A stretch of DNA of 63,086 nt, the filler included, from Hyphochytrium catenoides (taxonomy: Eukaryota > Protista > Hyphochytriomycota): the NCBI GenBank assembly GCA_900088475.1. It is 10 parts of 10 records of this genome, joined end to end, with 100 filler letters (N's around TTAATTAATTAA, not from the genome) between each part and the next. Parts side by side here need not be neighbours in the genome. Positions count along the whole stretch, not along the records: positions 1 to 24,169 come from FLMG01002877.1; 9 more parts are not named here. One strand, 5' to 3'. The translations under genes were made by a program, and so were the position numbers. Below the pieces are notes generated by a model. That model was not told the DNA's origin and did no database searches. It saw only the letters and a list, made by a program, of their open reading frames with translations. Positions 1 to 13,700 of the stretch are shown piece by piece (the stretch's first letter is position 1; every line of letters starts with the position of its first letter).

Positions 1-324
1 ATGGATGTTATCAGAAGGGACTAGGAGACAGGGAGAGTCGCGAGGGCCATGGCAGAGTAAGGCAGGAGATAAGCGGAGAGCTGGACAAACCAAAGCCAAG
101 GGAGAGAGAGAGACAGAGAGAGGAAGACAGACAGACAGAGAAGGGAGATTGGCAAAAGGAGGGCAAATTATAGGAAAGAAGCCTACGAGGAGCTCTTCCC
201 TCTCCAGTCGACACATGGACCGGACCGCTTTCTCTCGGCCTCCTCTGACCTAGGGACCGAGGTAGGGCTCGGACGTGCGAATCGAGGGCGGCGAACATGC
301 TTGATGCTGTTTCAGACCGCTCCG

Positions 325-360
<36 letters not shown>

Positions 361-671
361 TCTCTGTCTTTCTCTTTTCTCTCTCTTTTCTCTCTCTTCT
401 CTCTCTCTCTCTTTCTCTCTCTCTCCCCCCGCTGCTGCGGCCCATGCGTTGCCCATTCTCTTCTCATTCTTACCGCTTTTGCTCTCACATTTGCTCCTTA
501 GTACGTGGCTCCGCTGTCCCGTCTCTCTTCATGCCTTCTCTCTACCACAACCTGGGAGCGCAGTGGCTCAAAGCTTTCCTCTTCGTACTTCAGGCAGACC
601 CTGTGTTGCTGAACCTTGCTCTATTTCTGTTCCCCTTGCTTTGTGTCTCCCTGCCCCGCCTCTTACCACTC

Positions 672-733
<62 letters not shown>

Positions 734-3700
734 TCTGTGTATTCGATGCTTCCCCCTGTCTTCGTCTTTCCTCCGGTTTCTCTCTCTTCTCCTCTCCCTT
801 ACTCTTCATATTCTCTCCCTCCCGCGAATCCCATGCCACCATATCTCTCTTTCTTTTTCTTCTCCTTCCTTTCTCTCCCTCGCCTCGTCCTTTCTTAGTC
901 CCCCATTCTCTTTTCTCCTTAGGGTGAAGGCTGAAAGTCATTCTCGACACGATGGAGCCGCAGGATTATTCCTCCTTCATCTCCATCGAGGATGACAATC
1001 CGAGGCTGGAGCTCTCCTTCGATAGAATGGGAGGGTAAGCTCGCTAAAGAAGCTACTCTTGCTCTTTCTTCTCCCCTTTTGTCTCTCTCTCCCTCCTCTC
1101 TCTCACTCTCTCTCACTCTCTTTCCTCTTCATCTGCCGACGCTCTGTCTCGTCGGTTTCTCTCCCTTGCTTCTGACCTCAGGCTGGCCCTTTCCTTCAGT
1201 CTTCCTCGATATCAAAGAGCTTAATGAGCGATATGCTGTTCTTCCTTTCTCCCCTGTTATGCACTCAGGGAGCTCAAGTCCAGCTTTGCCGAGCAGACTT
1301 TGAGGGAGCAGGAGGTGATACTCTTACATGCTTTGCTGTGTCTCTCTCTCGATACGTTTTTCTCTCTTCCGGGCTGGTTCTCGCTCTTTCGGTTCCCTCT
1401 ATCACTGCCGCTAGGCGCATCTCATTGTCATGGCCTTCGGGACCAATAACATTCCATTTGTTCCTTACCTGTCTTTCCAGAGAGACGCTCGCTCTACCGC
1501 CATCTCTATCCTAGGTTCACCGTTCCTTCTTCTCCTCTCTCTTTCTCTCCGTTTTCCTGTCTCTTTCTGGATATGGCAACTGCCCGCCAGCATTTGTCAC
1601 GCACTCCCTTTCCTCGCCATCTCACGCTCGTACATGTCCCTCTCCATGTCTCTCTTTCTGTTCTCCCTTCCGTTTCTCGTATTTTTCTCTCTCTTCCCCA
1701 CCATCTCTCTCTCTCCGTCTCGTCATTTCCTTTGTCTCTTTTCTTCTCCCCCATCTCTCTGGGGAGCTCTCCCGCTCTCTCTCGAGCGAGTAATCATTTG
1801 TTAAGACGAATTGGTGGACTTCTACCCTAGAGTCATCTTCATCTCTCACACTTTGATCTCTCTCCCTCTCTCCTGTGCTCTCTATCTACAGGAGGAAAGA
1901 CAACGGATCTTGAAGTCCAACTTCAATCTAAAGCTGAAGGTCTATTACTTAGAAGAAAGACTAGCGCGGCTCAAACCTGGTGTGTAGCGTGGACCTCAAT
2001 GACATTTGCTGAGGGTCTTCAGGACGACTAGATACCTCTTCTCATCTCTCGCTCTGTCTCTCTTTCTCTTCTCTCTATCGCCTCATCCCTCTAACGCTAT
2101 CCCTAAATCGCGTCCTTATCGTTCTATTTCGCTCTTACTTAGGCCAACGCCTGGGCTTATCTTATCTAACTATTTCTCTTGTCCTCTGTTTTGTCTGGCT
2201 GTAGGGAACGATCAGCTAGAGGAAGACTATGAGGAAGAGATGCTGCAGATGCGGCAATGGGTAGAAGAGAAAGATGAGGAGATACGAAAGAAAACAGAAG
2301 AGAATAGGACGCTCAAGGAAGAGGTTGAGCGTCTTAGAAACGAGCTGAGGACCTTCAGAGATGACAGTGTTCGTTTTGCGACGGAGGCCAAGCTCGTTTC
2401 GGAGAGGGAGAAGGAGAAAGAACGACAGATAGAGCAGTACGTAACATGATTCGCTCTCGTGGAAACTAGCTAACAAAGCAGCGGTAAGTGTCCTACATTA
2501 GCTAAGGATTCCGCTCCTACTTAGGCTCTGTGAGACGATTGAGAGCTTGAGGGCCGAGGACAACAACGCGGCGGATGCGCTGGTAGAGCTGCAGAAGGAG
2601 CTTGATGACGCTCAGAGAGGAAGAGAGGAATACCGGCAGGAGGCGGAGAAGCTGAAGCATGTCATCTCGTAAGTTAGGACTTCCTCCACTTCCTTAGCTA
2701 CCAACGACACTTTTTCTTCTCTGGCACTATACATTCTCGTCTGTGCCCTGAGTAGCTCATCTTCTCCCTCTATTTGCGTCTGAACTTCCTCTTTGACGAA
2801 CATTTCTCTTGGTAGGATCATGGACCAGGAAGTTTCCAAGCTGGCGTTGGAGAGTTCCGAGCTAAAGGTAGGCGAAGGCAGAGCAAATCAAAGAAAGAAG
2901 GAGGGCAATGCCTGCCCTTGAAAGTCAACAAAGAATTTTTATTTCGTGAAGCTATTAGAGAGAAAACTAACTGAAGAAGATGAGAACACAGTGCGGAGAA
3001 GGAGAGAGGACAGTAAGGAAGGCAATGCGGGACGAACTGGGGTGGATGAGGGGAGAGACAATTACAGCGGAAGCTGCAAGAGCTGAAGCGAATCTCTTTG
3101 GCGTCTTTTCTTTGTCTTCCCGCCGTTTTTAGGAGAGGAGGAATGAGCTTAGTGACGCAGCAGCGGGCCTGAAGGAGGAGCTGGAGGCTAGCAGAAGGGC
3201 ACTGGACCAAGCACAGACGGAGATAAAGAGTAAACAGATAGAGATAGAACGTTTGGCAGCGTTAGAAAAGGCGGTAAGCGTAGCCTTTTTTCCGGTTAAA
3301 TGCCAGACAGAGACAGAATGCAGCGAGACCAAAGGCCGTGTCTGCTCCTTAACCTATCAAAGAAGTGTGACTGTCAGATTGCTAACAAGCTCCTCATAGG
3401 ACATACCTCGACTCAGCGACAATCTCCAAGCGGCCCAGCAGAGAGAAAAGGCTCTGCTTCAGGAGCTGGAGGCAAGAAAGGCCCTACTTGCGGAGGTAAA
3501 GAGCTTACATAGGGAGCACTGCTACTATCAGCCCTGCTACCCCATTGCTCCTCAGACAAGAGTTCTCGGTCTTCGTTGCCATACCTTCTTCGTTTATCTC
3601 GACGACTTGCTTCTAATCCACTTGCTGCTTAGACAACGGCCGCTCTGTCAGAGAGCAGTATGAAACTTAACGCCACCACAAACGAGAATTCTCAGCTTAG

Positions 3701-6700
3701 AAGAAAGATTGAGACATTAGAAGGAACCCTTAAGGATCAAATGAGAGCTGTGAGTTCTCTCTTCTGTTCCAAATACTTCCTTCTCAACTTACCGACTCAT
3801 TGCTTGTGTTAGAGCTGAAGCACCTTCTTCTGATGCTCTTCTTTATGATCCTGACGGCTCTATTGTACCTCGTCCACGTAATCTCCTTCAACTTTCGCAT
3901 GTAGACCCTCCTCGCGCCAATGTCGCTTCTTGAGAGCTTAACTCACACCCTGTCTGCCTCTGGTCTCTATAAACCTGCCAGCTGGAACAACAACAAGAGC
4001 AGTTCGTAGGGGAGGGAAGGGAGAGAGAGGCAAGGTTGATGAGAGAAAGTGCAGATCTTCGTGCGGAAGTCAAGGTTCTACGACTGAACAAGGATGAAAG
4101 AGAGCAAAAGCTGGCAAGCCTAAGCGATGAGGTATAAGATGGTGGCAAACAGCGGACTTAAGGAGGGGCGTGGCTCACGGGCCGTCTAAAATATGCTTTG
4201 GTGCTCGCGGGCTGTCCCAAGCTGTCTCAACATCCATTTCCTCTATTCGTATATTTCTCCTTTATCTTGCCCTTCATTCCCTATCTTGCCTCAAGATTCC
4301 CTCATCTTACTCTCCCTTTCTCTCTCACATCCGCTCTATAGCTGGAGAGACTCCGTCGAGAGCTGCAACAGTCAGAACTGCGGCGGTCTTCCGCGGAGGA
4401 GCTAGTGCAAAAGGTAAAGCCCTATGTAACTCTTTACTTCGCCTCGTCCTACTCTTTATTAGTGCTGTCAGATAGCACTTCCCCTAAGTGCCCCTGTCTC
4501 TCTATCTTCTGTTTCCGTTTCCCTGGTGTTGACTGATTGTTGCCTCAATGGTCTTGCTCAATAGCTGGAGGACAAATTCCAGCTAACTAGTAAGAATGTG
4601 AGCGGAAAGATTGACAACATCAAGAGTGAAGTAGAGAAGCAACGAGCGGTGATGGAGAGCACGAAGGAGAGAGAACTCTCTCTTCTGAGACAAGAGATGG
4701 AGCAGGTTTGGAGCAAGGTATGAGGCGGGGGATCTCGATAGGTGAACCGATATCAAGTGACAGAGTCAACTAGGCGGCCAGGCTTAGAGAAGAAGGAAAG
4801 AGAGAGAGAGAGAGAGAGGGAGAGAGAGTGAAGACAGAGGATAGGACGACACTGCTAGGAGGAGGAGAATCGGCTAAGATGGGCCTTGTAGCGTTTAGAG
4901 AATGAGAGACAAGCACGACTTCACCTGGAGAGTCTCCTTCACTCCGCTAAGGAAAACTCAATGCTGCACATCAAGAGTCAGGTAGAAAGTAGAAAGTCTG
5001 CCTATCTTCTGATGACCTCTCTGGGTGACTGGCTGCTTTGTCTTGCCAAGCTCCTTCCTGTCTCTCCCAAATTCCTACCTCCTCGCACTTTCTTTTCTCA
5101 ACCTTGGCCGTGTCAGTCGTGGACTTATCGGTCCTGTCTGTTCAGTTAAAGGACTTCTACTCTGAATTAGCTATGGAGTTCCAGTCTATCGTGCCGGAGA
5201 AGCTTCAGGTAAGCGATACAGCTGATCATTTCTCTTATTCATCTCCACCCTCTGGGCAAAGCTCCTTTACAGGCCTGTTATTCAGATCTAGCTTAGTCTC
5301 ACCCTCTCTTTTTGCTACTCTGCGCTAAGTCAACGCCGTCTGTCGGCATCTTGATCTACCTTTGTCTAACGCTGTAATTGCACAGTTCTCGGCCACCATA
5401 GATCCAATGGATCCGATGCCTCTCCCTTCCTTCATCTCCCTTATTCTAAAGTCTCTGCGGTCGCACCTACGAAAGGTTCTGGAGATAAAAAGGTTGGTCG
5501 CCGAGGTTCATATCCTCTCTTCATCATCTTCACTGCTCTTTTTTTTTCGTTATGTAGTGCACTCCAACCTTCTTCTTCTCCTCTCCCTCTAGGTTCCATC
5601 ATGTCTGTTGTGAAGAATAGCTGAGCCTCTGCCAGTCTTCCTTACCTAATTCTCTCTGCTGCTAACTCCTCAATCTTCAGTAAGTTAGAGATACGATGCC
5701 GCAGTCTTTCGGTGGAGATGGAAGAGAAGTTTCTGGAGCTCACAGCCCGACTTGATGCAAGAGAGCAGGAGCTGCGAGCAGCAAAAGGATTGCTTCAAGA
5801 CCTGCAGAGCAAAGTTCAAATGCAGAGAGAGCATGACAGGGTACGAAGGCACAATTTTTACGCGGGTTCTGTCCTTTTGTCTCTCTCATTGCCTAGTCTA
5901 ATAGCTAGTGCCTCCTGTCTTTTTCTGGTCTATAGCCATGGATTGTGCTAGTCCTTTCGCCCTTTCGTCTCTCCCATGGGCACTCACAAATCTCGTTCCG
6001 CTGTCTTCAGAGCCAGTTTAGTGCCAAGCTCCTCTCCTATGAGCGGCAACAGGCTCAATTGTTAGCAGAAAGATCTGTGAGAGAGAGGCGAGAAGAACAG
6101 TTAAAAACAGAAAAGGAGAAGCTGGCCGCTGAGCTGCATAGAGTACGGACAGAAAACTTACAACTGCAGAACAAGAATGTTGGCCAGCAAGCGCATCTTT
6201 TAGAGGTGACCCAGGCAACACCATTTCCGTCATTTTTCTCTCATCCTGCCTGTGCCTTCTTCTCGTTCTGCTTTCTTTCATCAGCCTCAATGGACGCAAT
6301 ATGGCTTTTGTTCGCTCTTGCGCTTCGGTGTCTTCTTGCGCGCGCACCATTGAGTCTTGCAGTGGCTCAACTTCTCTCTCTTACCGGGTGTGACTTTTGC
6401 CGCTTAACCCTTTATTTTGATGCAGCAGCAGAAGCTGGCTGATCATGAGCGTGACTTGAGGAATGCGCGAGACAGAATAGCGGCGTTGGAAGAGAATAAC
6501 AAGATCCTGACGCTCGAGGTACGTGACGGTCCTGGACTCCTTTAGCTGGCCATCATCTCTATCTATAGTTGTAAGCGGGCGTTCTTTGAAGATGTCGTCT
6601 CTCTCTCCCTCTCTGCGCGGATAGCAGTCTGTCTCACTTATGACTGTGTGTCCTACTCGTCTGGCTCTCTGACTCATCGCCTACATCAACCCCCATAATA

Positions 6701-8911
6701 TTTCCTGCTCTCTTGTTCTGCTTGTTAAATAGCTGAAGGAGCGGTATGACATGTCAGAAAGTGCTCGACAGGCTGCCATACAGCTGCAGGAAGAGAATAG
6801 ATTATTGGCAGAAGCTGTGGACAGACTGACGGAAGAGGTATTTTCATCTTGCCGTTCTCCTCTTCTTTCTGTGTCGAGTGGCATATGCCTTCCTTTTCCT
6901 TCTCTCAATGGTAGGCGTCGCACATTCTCCGTAGTTCTAAGTATGGTGTCGTCTGTTCGCCCTGTGTCTGTTCTCCCCTGGTGGCGATCTCAGGTCAAGC
7001 AGTCAGATAGGCAGAGGAATGGCTTGAGAGCCAACGGAGAGGCAAAACGGTCCTTCTTGATAAACCAGGGCAGAGGACAGCAGACTCATGCTGCCGTTGA
7101 CGGAAGCTCTCTCTCTGTAGGGAGTCTGCGCACACGAGAGTAAGCAAAGGGGGCTCATGCCAGATCTGCACACTTAAGGCGCATTCAAAAAAACTTCTTC
7201 ATCAGTGTCTTATGCCTCTTTATCGCCCTCTCTGTGACTTGCATCAGCTCTCTTGGGGTCAGAATTTCGAGTATGGCCCAGTATTCTCCTTTCCAGGTAT
7301 GTCCTCTTCCCGATCACCGACGTTAAGTGGCAATACATCTTTGCTTCTTCCTCAACTCCTCCTCTTTCTCTGACTTCATCCAACTCTTTCTTTACATGGG
7401 TTTTCTTCTGGCTCTCTTCGGTAGACGTGGGCTTGCCCCTTTGCTCTAAAGTAGATGAGGATTACCTTCTCTTATCGGCGTCTTCAATTATCAAGAAGCG
7501 ACTAATTCCGTCTCCCTCCTTCCCGCTCTGACTCTTGCTCAGATCAAGTTAGAGCTGGATAGCAGTATAGAGCGATTAGATGTTCTTCTTACAAAGGTTC
7601 GGCTCCTGGTGGACTCCAGTAACGGATTTCTCAAGCGATACCAGCAGTTCAAGGCAGATCTGAGGGAGAAAGGCCGAGAAGAGACAAGCAAAAGAGAGAG
7701 ACAAGAGGGCACAAGTTTGGTTGCCAGAGCGGCGATGGCAGAGCTCAATCAGGATTTGAACACACTGCTAGATAGCAACTCGCGGGTCGCGCTTCAGCTT
7801 CAGCAGGTGCCACCACGCCCTCTGTCGTTCATTTCTAATACTTTATCTTAACACGTGTCTCTCTCTCTCTCTCGGATGATCTTCTGTGGGTTTACTGTCC
7901 TTGTCTCCTCTGTAGCTGGGACTGGATCTGCAGAAAGTGTATCATCGCTTCCAACACCTAGAGAGCACGCGGTTGCCCCAGGAGGTAGGGAGAAAGGAGA
8001 AACAAACGCGTGCACGCCTTTAGAAGCCAACCCTTTCTCTGCTCTTCGTAGTCTCTCTCTCCTTTGCTTAGAGTTGTATGGCTGCTGCCCTTCTCCCTTT
8101 GTCGCTTATTCCCCGCTTTCTCCTTAGGAGTTATTGCTTATCCTTTTGCTATACGTTCGTCCTCTCTCTCTTCTCTCTCACCACATCTCTCTTCTTCGCA
8201 CTCTCTCTTTCTCTTCGCGGATTCATATTCTTTTCCGTTTTGCTTCTCTCTCATCACCATCAGAGCAAAGGGCAACAGGGAGGAAGCTCGCCGAGGACCG
8301 TCTCGACTCTCCCTACATATGACATGCAGGGAGAGCGGACAAAGAAGGAAGGGCGAACAAGGCCTTATCTCTCTTCTTCTAGAAGCGCTACGCCAACGTC
8401 TAAAGAGGTGGAAACTTATCGATAATTTCTTCTTCTTGTCTTGCTCCAAACAGTCTCCTTCTACGTGCGACACTCTTGCCAGATAACCTCTCTCTCTGTT
8501 TTTCTTTCTCTCTCTCTCTGTTTCTCTCTCTGTCTGTTTCTCTCTCTCTCTCTCTCTCTCTCTCCCTTTTTCTTTCTCTCTCTCTCTCTTTCCCTTTCTT
8601 TCTCTCTCTCTCTCTCTCTCCCCTGTCTGTTTTTCTCTATTTGTGTCTCAAAGTTAGATGCACCATTCACCTTCCGCTGCTTTTTGATCTGCCGTGTAAA
8701 GGCTGCAGCTCTGACTTCGCCCTCTCTCTCCCTCTTCTCTCTCTCTCTTTCCCCCCTTCCCTCTCTTTTTCTCTCTTCTCTTCCTTTTTCTCCGAAGCGA
8801 CCCAAGTACAACCGCCTGGAGGAGCTGCATCGAGATATGGTGCAGCGCATTGGAAGGATTGGGCTAGATCTGAAGACGACAGCAGACCTGCTGCATTCCT
8901 CGGAGCGATAG
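1..8911 (+). CDS. Centrosomin/CDK5RAP2/Mto1-like CM1 (Cnn_1N) domain long coiled-coil protein, multi-exon, 5' end probably outside the window
   Basis: Splicing exon 1269-1314 to exon 1892-1979 (GT-AG) gives 'EQTLREQE|EERQRILKSNFNLKLKVYYLEERLARL', the CM1 consensus. Many GT-AG-bounded E/K/L/Q-rich heptad exons follow (e.g. ~2205-2437, ~5680-5840, ~6011-6206, ~7543-7806). The putative last exon ends '...DLKTTADLLHSSER*' at 8911. The exact exon chain and ends are approximate. Confidence 0.75.
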
Positions 8912-9239
8912 AGAGGCTGAAGAGGCAGCAAGAAGGACGGAGAGAGAGAAAGCAAAAAAAAAAGAGAGAGAGAAAGAAAGAGAGAGACAAGGCTGGTGGA
9001 CAGATGGGATAGACGAGGTCTGCACATAGTGGCCTCGGGCCTGCGTACATTATATTAACTGTGTCATAGAACGACAGGGGAAAGATATCTTTTCCCTTCT
9101 GACAAAAGTCTCTCTCTTCGCCTTTGAACAGCTGCCAGGTCAGCGTTGAGAGGACAGTCGTGAAATCGCTAGCGCTCTTATATACAGAGAGAGAGACAGA
9201 GAGAGAAAGAAATAGAGAGAAGACGAGAGACCAGGTCCA

Positions 9240-9674
9240 CATGAGAAGTGAATAAGATTAGCGCGCATCTCCGTCATTCTTTTATTGCATTCAAACCTTC
9301 CTCACCGATGCAGAATGAAGGAGAAGAACTCCTGCAAGAAGAGAAAGCCTACCATCTCTGAGCACGGGAGAAGGGGAGATCGAATGGAGTCAAGTCACTT
9401 CTCTCCCTGCGTTCGCGCTTGACGACGGCCGCCGATAGTTTCCTTATCATCAGAGATCAACCGTCTGCCCCCTGCTTGTCTGTTCAGGGCTTTGTAACAG
9501 TGAAGCTTCCCCATTGCTGCCAAAGCGAATCTCTCTTCCTTCATAGAACGCCCGGAACCTCCTGCTTCTGCGTCCGAACTCCTGAGTGTCTCTCTCTCTC
9601 TCTCTCCCGTCTGCCTCCCCCAGAGGAAGGCATGTTAAGAAGGAGGAGCTCAGTAAGCGGGAGAGTGAAAGAGA

Positions 9675-9709
<35 letters not shown>

Positions 9710-9975
9710 CGAGAGAGGGGAGGGAGGGAAAAAGAGAGAGAGAGAGAGAGAATGAGAGAGGCGCGAGAGAGAGAGGTGAGAGAGAGAGAGAATCAGTTGT
9801 GGACAAGGCTGCCGAAAACACTAAGTTACTTCCTCCTCTACCAACAAGGGACAGCTTCAAAAGATACTTGTTAGAAACCGTCTTTCTTGTTCTAAACCTG
9901 CCTTGGAGGGTCATCATGGATCCGTTACAAACGATCCTAAAAAAGTTGTGCACCACGACTTTACAAATTAGAGCA

Positions 9976-10010
<35 letters not shown>

Positions 10011-10331
10011 GTCTCTGTCTNNNNNNNNNNNNNNNNNNNNNNNNNNNNNNNNNNNNNNNNNNNNNNNNNNNNCTCTCTCTCCCCTCTCCCTCTCTCCGGC
10101 TGGCTCGCTTCTCCTTTGCCATCTCTTTCTATACAAAACCTTCACATTCATTTTTCCTGTTCAGCTCTGTGTCAATCAGATGTGCTTCTGAGTCATCTGC
10201 CTCTCTCTCTATCTCTATCTCTCCTACCTCTCTCTTCTATCTCTCCCTTCCGCTGTTCTTTGCGACTTGTTTTCAGACGTGTAATGAGGAGGTGAACGAG
10301 CAGAAAGTTGGCGGTACAACGTCAAGATCAG

Positions 10332-10386
<55 letters not shown>

Positions 10387-10610
10387 AAGAAAGACAGACA
10401 GAGAGAGAGAGAGTGAGGGGAGAGAGTGGGCCACGGCTCTTGTTTCGCCAAAAAGGGAGGAAGAATTGAGGAGGAGAGAGAGAGAATGAAAAAGAAGAGA
10501 GAGAAAGAGAGAGAAGGGAGGAGAGCGGACTCACCAGCGGGAGGTTGCGCAACTCCTGCGCTCCCAGCGTCCACAATCTCAGCAGAGCCAAAACTTCATA
10601 TTTCTTCATT
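9240..10610 (-). CDS. Possible small spliced gene of unknown function, divergent from the 10715 ORF
   Basis: Non-repetitive stretches with minus-strand splice signals (e.g. 'MKKYEVLALLRLWTLGAQELRNLPL|gtgag' near 10535-10608) are separated by minus-strand CT-rich intron-like tracts. No recognisable domain, and an N gap interrupts it. Confidence 0.25.
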
Positions 10611-10714
10611 TCTCTCTCTTTCCTGAGAGCGCCGTCATGCTCCTGCGCGGCTGCCTGAGGCTCCAGCCTCAGAGATAAATAAAGACTCAGGAAAAGAAGA
10701 GAAAGAAGAAGAAA

Positions 10715-13700
10715 ATGTTGGGGCAAACTAGCTTCTTTCTTCTTCTCTTGTCTCTCTGCCTGTGCTCTCTCTCTCTAGCCGAGGAAGAAGAGAATGTCTC
10801 GAAAGTCTCTCGGTCCAGAGAGATTGAGAATGAGAGAGACCCTTCTGTCTTCTCTCTCAATGATAAGCGGGACAGTCTCATCAAAAAGAGTGCGACCGAC
10901 CATGAAAACCTCCGCTCGCTGCTAGATCCGGAGATCCTCTCCCGCATGGCTCTCTTCAGGAAAGCGGGAGAGAGAGAAAGAGAGAAAGGAGAGAGAGAGA
11001 GAGCCTTTGGAAGAGAAGAAGAGTTCCACTTCAACGCTAGGCTCGCTGAGTGGATGGCTGTGGATGTCTCGAGAGAGGATCAAGACCTTAGAAGCCCTAC
11101 TGAGCAAGCTAGGGCATTATGCACCGATTCTCTCTCTTCAGGGAGAGAGAAAGAGAGAGAGAAGTCGCTGTCAACTCTCTCCTTCGACAGGAACTGCACC
11201 GAAGAGGTCAAAGGACTCTTTCTTGATGTCGCGTTCCTTCTTGATCCTCTAGCTAAGGGCTTTCTCTCTCTTCCTTCTTCCTCTTCTTCTCCTTTTCGCG
11301 TGAGAATAGGCAGCAGACCCGGGAGAGAGATCGTGTTCCCTCTCTCTCTTGCATCGTCTCCTCTTTCTAACTCTCCAGGGCCAGTGAAGCTGGCAAAGTC
11401 TCTCGCCTATCGCCTCTGCCTTCGCTATGACTTCTCTCTCTTATCCTGCCGAGAGCTCTCCCACTCGGCCGCGCAGACAGCAAAACTAGCTCTTAGAGAG
11501 GCGAAAGAGAGAGAGAATCACATGTTTGATGGTCTGAAGGAGGGAGAGAGAGAGCAAAAGAAGAAGGAAGAGAGAGAAACTCTGTCGGTTTTGACTAAGA
11601 GAGACGTTCTTGAGAAGCTGCTGGAGGGGAGAAGAGAAGGAAAGTCTGACCGCATTCTCTCTCTTCTGAACGAGGCAACGATGACTTCTTGTGCTTCTCT
11701 CGCCGCAGAGGAAGGGATGCCCCTCTTCTTCTCCCAGACCCAATGCGAAGAACCTCTTCAACGTCTCTTCTCTCTCTCTCTGTTTCACACTTTGGAGAAA
11801 GACGGAGTGTCTCTCTCTTCCTTTCATCAGGAGCATTCTCAGCTGCTACTATGGGCCTGCGGGGTGATTTCTGCCACGAAGAAGTCTCTCTCTCCTCCTC
11901 CAGCAGCTTTTCTCTCTTCCTGCACTGACCTTCTCCTAAGAAAGCTCCAGTGGCTTCTCTCTCACGTGGAAAGAAGAGAAGTGACCTCTCAAGATGAGAA
12001 GAAAGTAGAGGTTGAACCTCAGAGAGAAGAGAAAGAAGAAAGGGAGAGAGAAAAGGAAGTAGAGGTTGAGCTAGTTCAGGAAGAAGCGAGAGAAGAGGTT
12101 GAGACAGAACAGGAAGCAGAGGCTGTGCTTCAGACAGAGGAGAGAGAAGAGGTTGAGACTCCTGCTCCGCGGGTGTCCCTGGTCTCAGATCTCTCCTCTC
12201 TCTCTTTGCCTAATGATGAGGCTATGGAAGAAGCGAAAGAGAAGATTGAGGAGACAGAGCCTCGGGACGTCTCCTTCTTTTCTCCTCTCTCTTTCCGGCT
12301 TGTCGTGTGCTGTGCCATTGTTATCACTCTCTTCCTCCTCTCTTCTTCGTCTTTCTCCAGCATCATCGCTCTGCAGCGGAGAGACAAGGTCATGCACGCA
12401 ACAGAGGAAGACTTACAAGCCTCTCTCCTTATCGAGCGGGAGGAGAGAGCTCTAAACGCTCATCTCACCCTTATCCCCACAAAGGGAAGAGGACACAACG
12501 AAGCACGGCGGCCTCTCTCTCTCTCAAAAGCTACAGCGGAGGTACCTGTGGCCCCTACTGGGTTACGAGAGGATGGAGTCGAGGAGGAAAGAGAAGACGA
12601 ATCAGGAGCTGTTCCTGTCTCTCTCCCTAACAACCAGACGGAGGAAGCAGAAGACGAGGCTTCTTTCTCTCTCCTTGAAAGAGTTAACTCTGAAGAAAGA
12701 GAGGAGCAGATGCCGAAAGGCGAGAGAAAGGAGGAGAGACAAGAGGGACAGAGGTACACCGAACTGGAGGACCTGCTTGACTTTCTCTCCAATCAGCAGC
12801 AAGCAGAGGAGGAGGTGGTTAAAGAGAAGAGAGAGAGAGAGAAAGAGGACAAGGGAAAGGGAGAGAAGAGCGTCTTCCCTCTGGGTCCTGAGACAGGGGA
12901 AGAAGAGAATCAGCTCGATGATGTCGGCGCCTCTTCAACTTTCCTCTACCGCATGGAACTTAGCGGGGAAAGTGGGAGACTCCCTCTTCCAGAACCAGAG
13001 AGAGCCTTCATGGGCTCTGTCCTCTCTCCTGCCACTCTCCCTCTCTCTTCTACCTCTCACCTGTCCGGTGTCTCTTTGAAGAGTCCCATGACCGACAAAG
13101 AGAAACATGCTCAACAGCCACAGGATCAAGAAGAAGAAGGCAGCTTGCCTGAGGGAAATCAAGAGACAGAGCAACAACAGGAGGAAGAGAAAGAAAGAGA
13201 GACAATGGAAAACGTGGAGGATGAAGAGGAGAACTTTGAAGATAGTCTCACTCTAGAGATGGAGCTTCCCGACGACGATGATATCTTCATTGACATGGAA
13301 GCAACAGTCATTGACATGGAAGCAACAGAGGAAGGAGTGCAGAGAAGAGAAGAGCCCGATTTGATTCCTCTCATTTACTCAGAAGCAAGAGAGACGCCAG
13401 CTCTAGCCTCTGCGCCTCAGCCTGTAGAGAGAGAAGAAGAGCGACAGACACCAGGAGAGCCTACTTCTCCTTCCACGCCTGCTCTTGAGAGCAGTGCAGT
13501 CTCTCAGGAACAAAGAGAGACGACGGAAGAGATGGAGAAACGAGAGGAAGAAGCAAAAGAGATTAAAATGTCTCGGAAGAGCCAGGAAGAGAATGAAAAG
13601 GATGGTTCTGATCTCTTGCGGAAGATCTTGGCTTCCCCAGGAGAGCCCCGCCCTCAACCGTCCTTTGTCTCTCAGGTTGCCTGCATGTACAGCCAAGAGA

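Noticed and set aside
921-930. Apparent in-frame TGA after a 'ttag' acceptor, suggesting stop-codon reassignment
   Set aside because: An alternative AG at 928-929 restores the frame. CEP104 and the 1236-aa ORF end in TGA, and conserved exons contain no internal stops, so the standard code fits.
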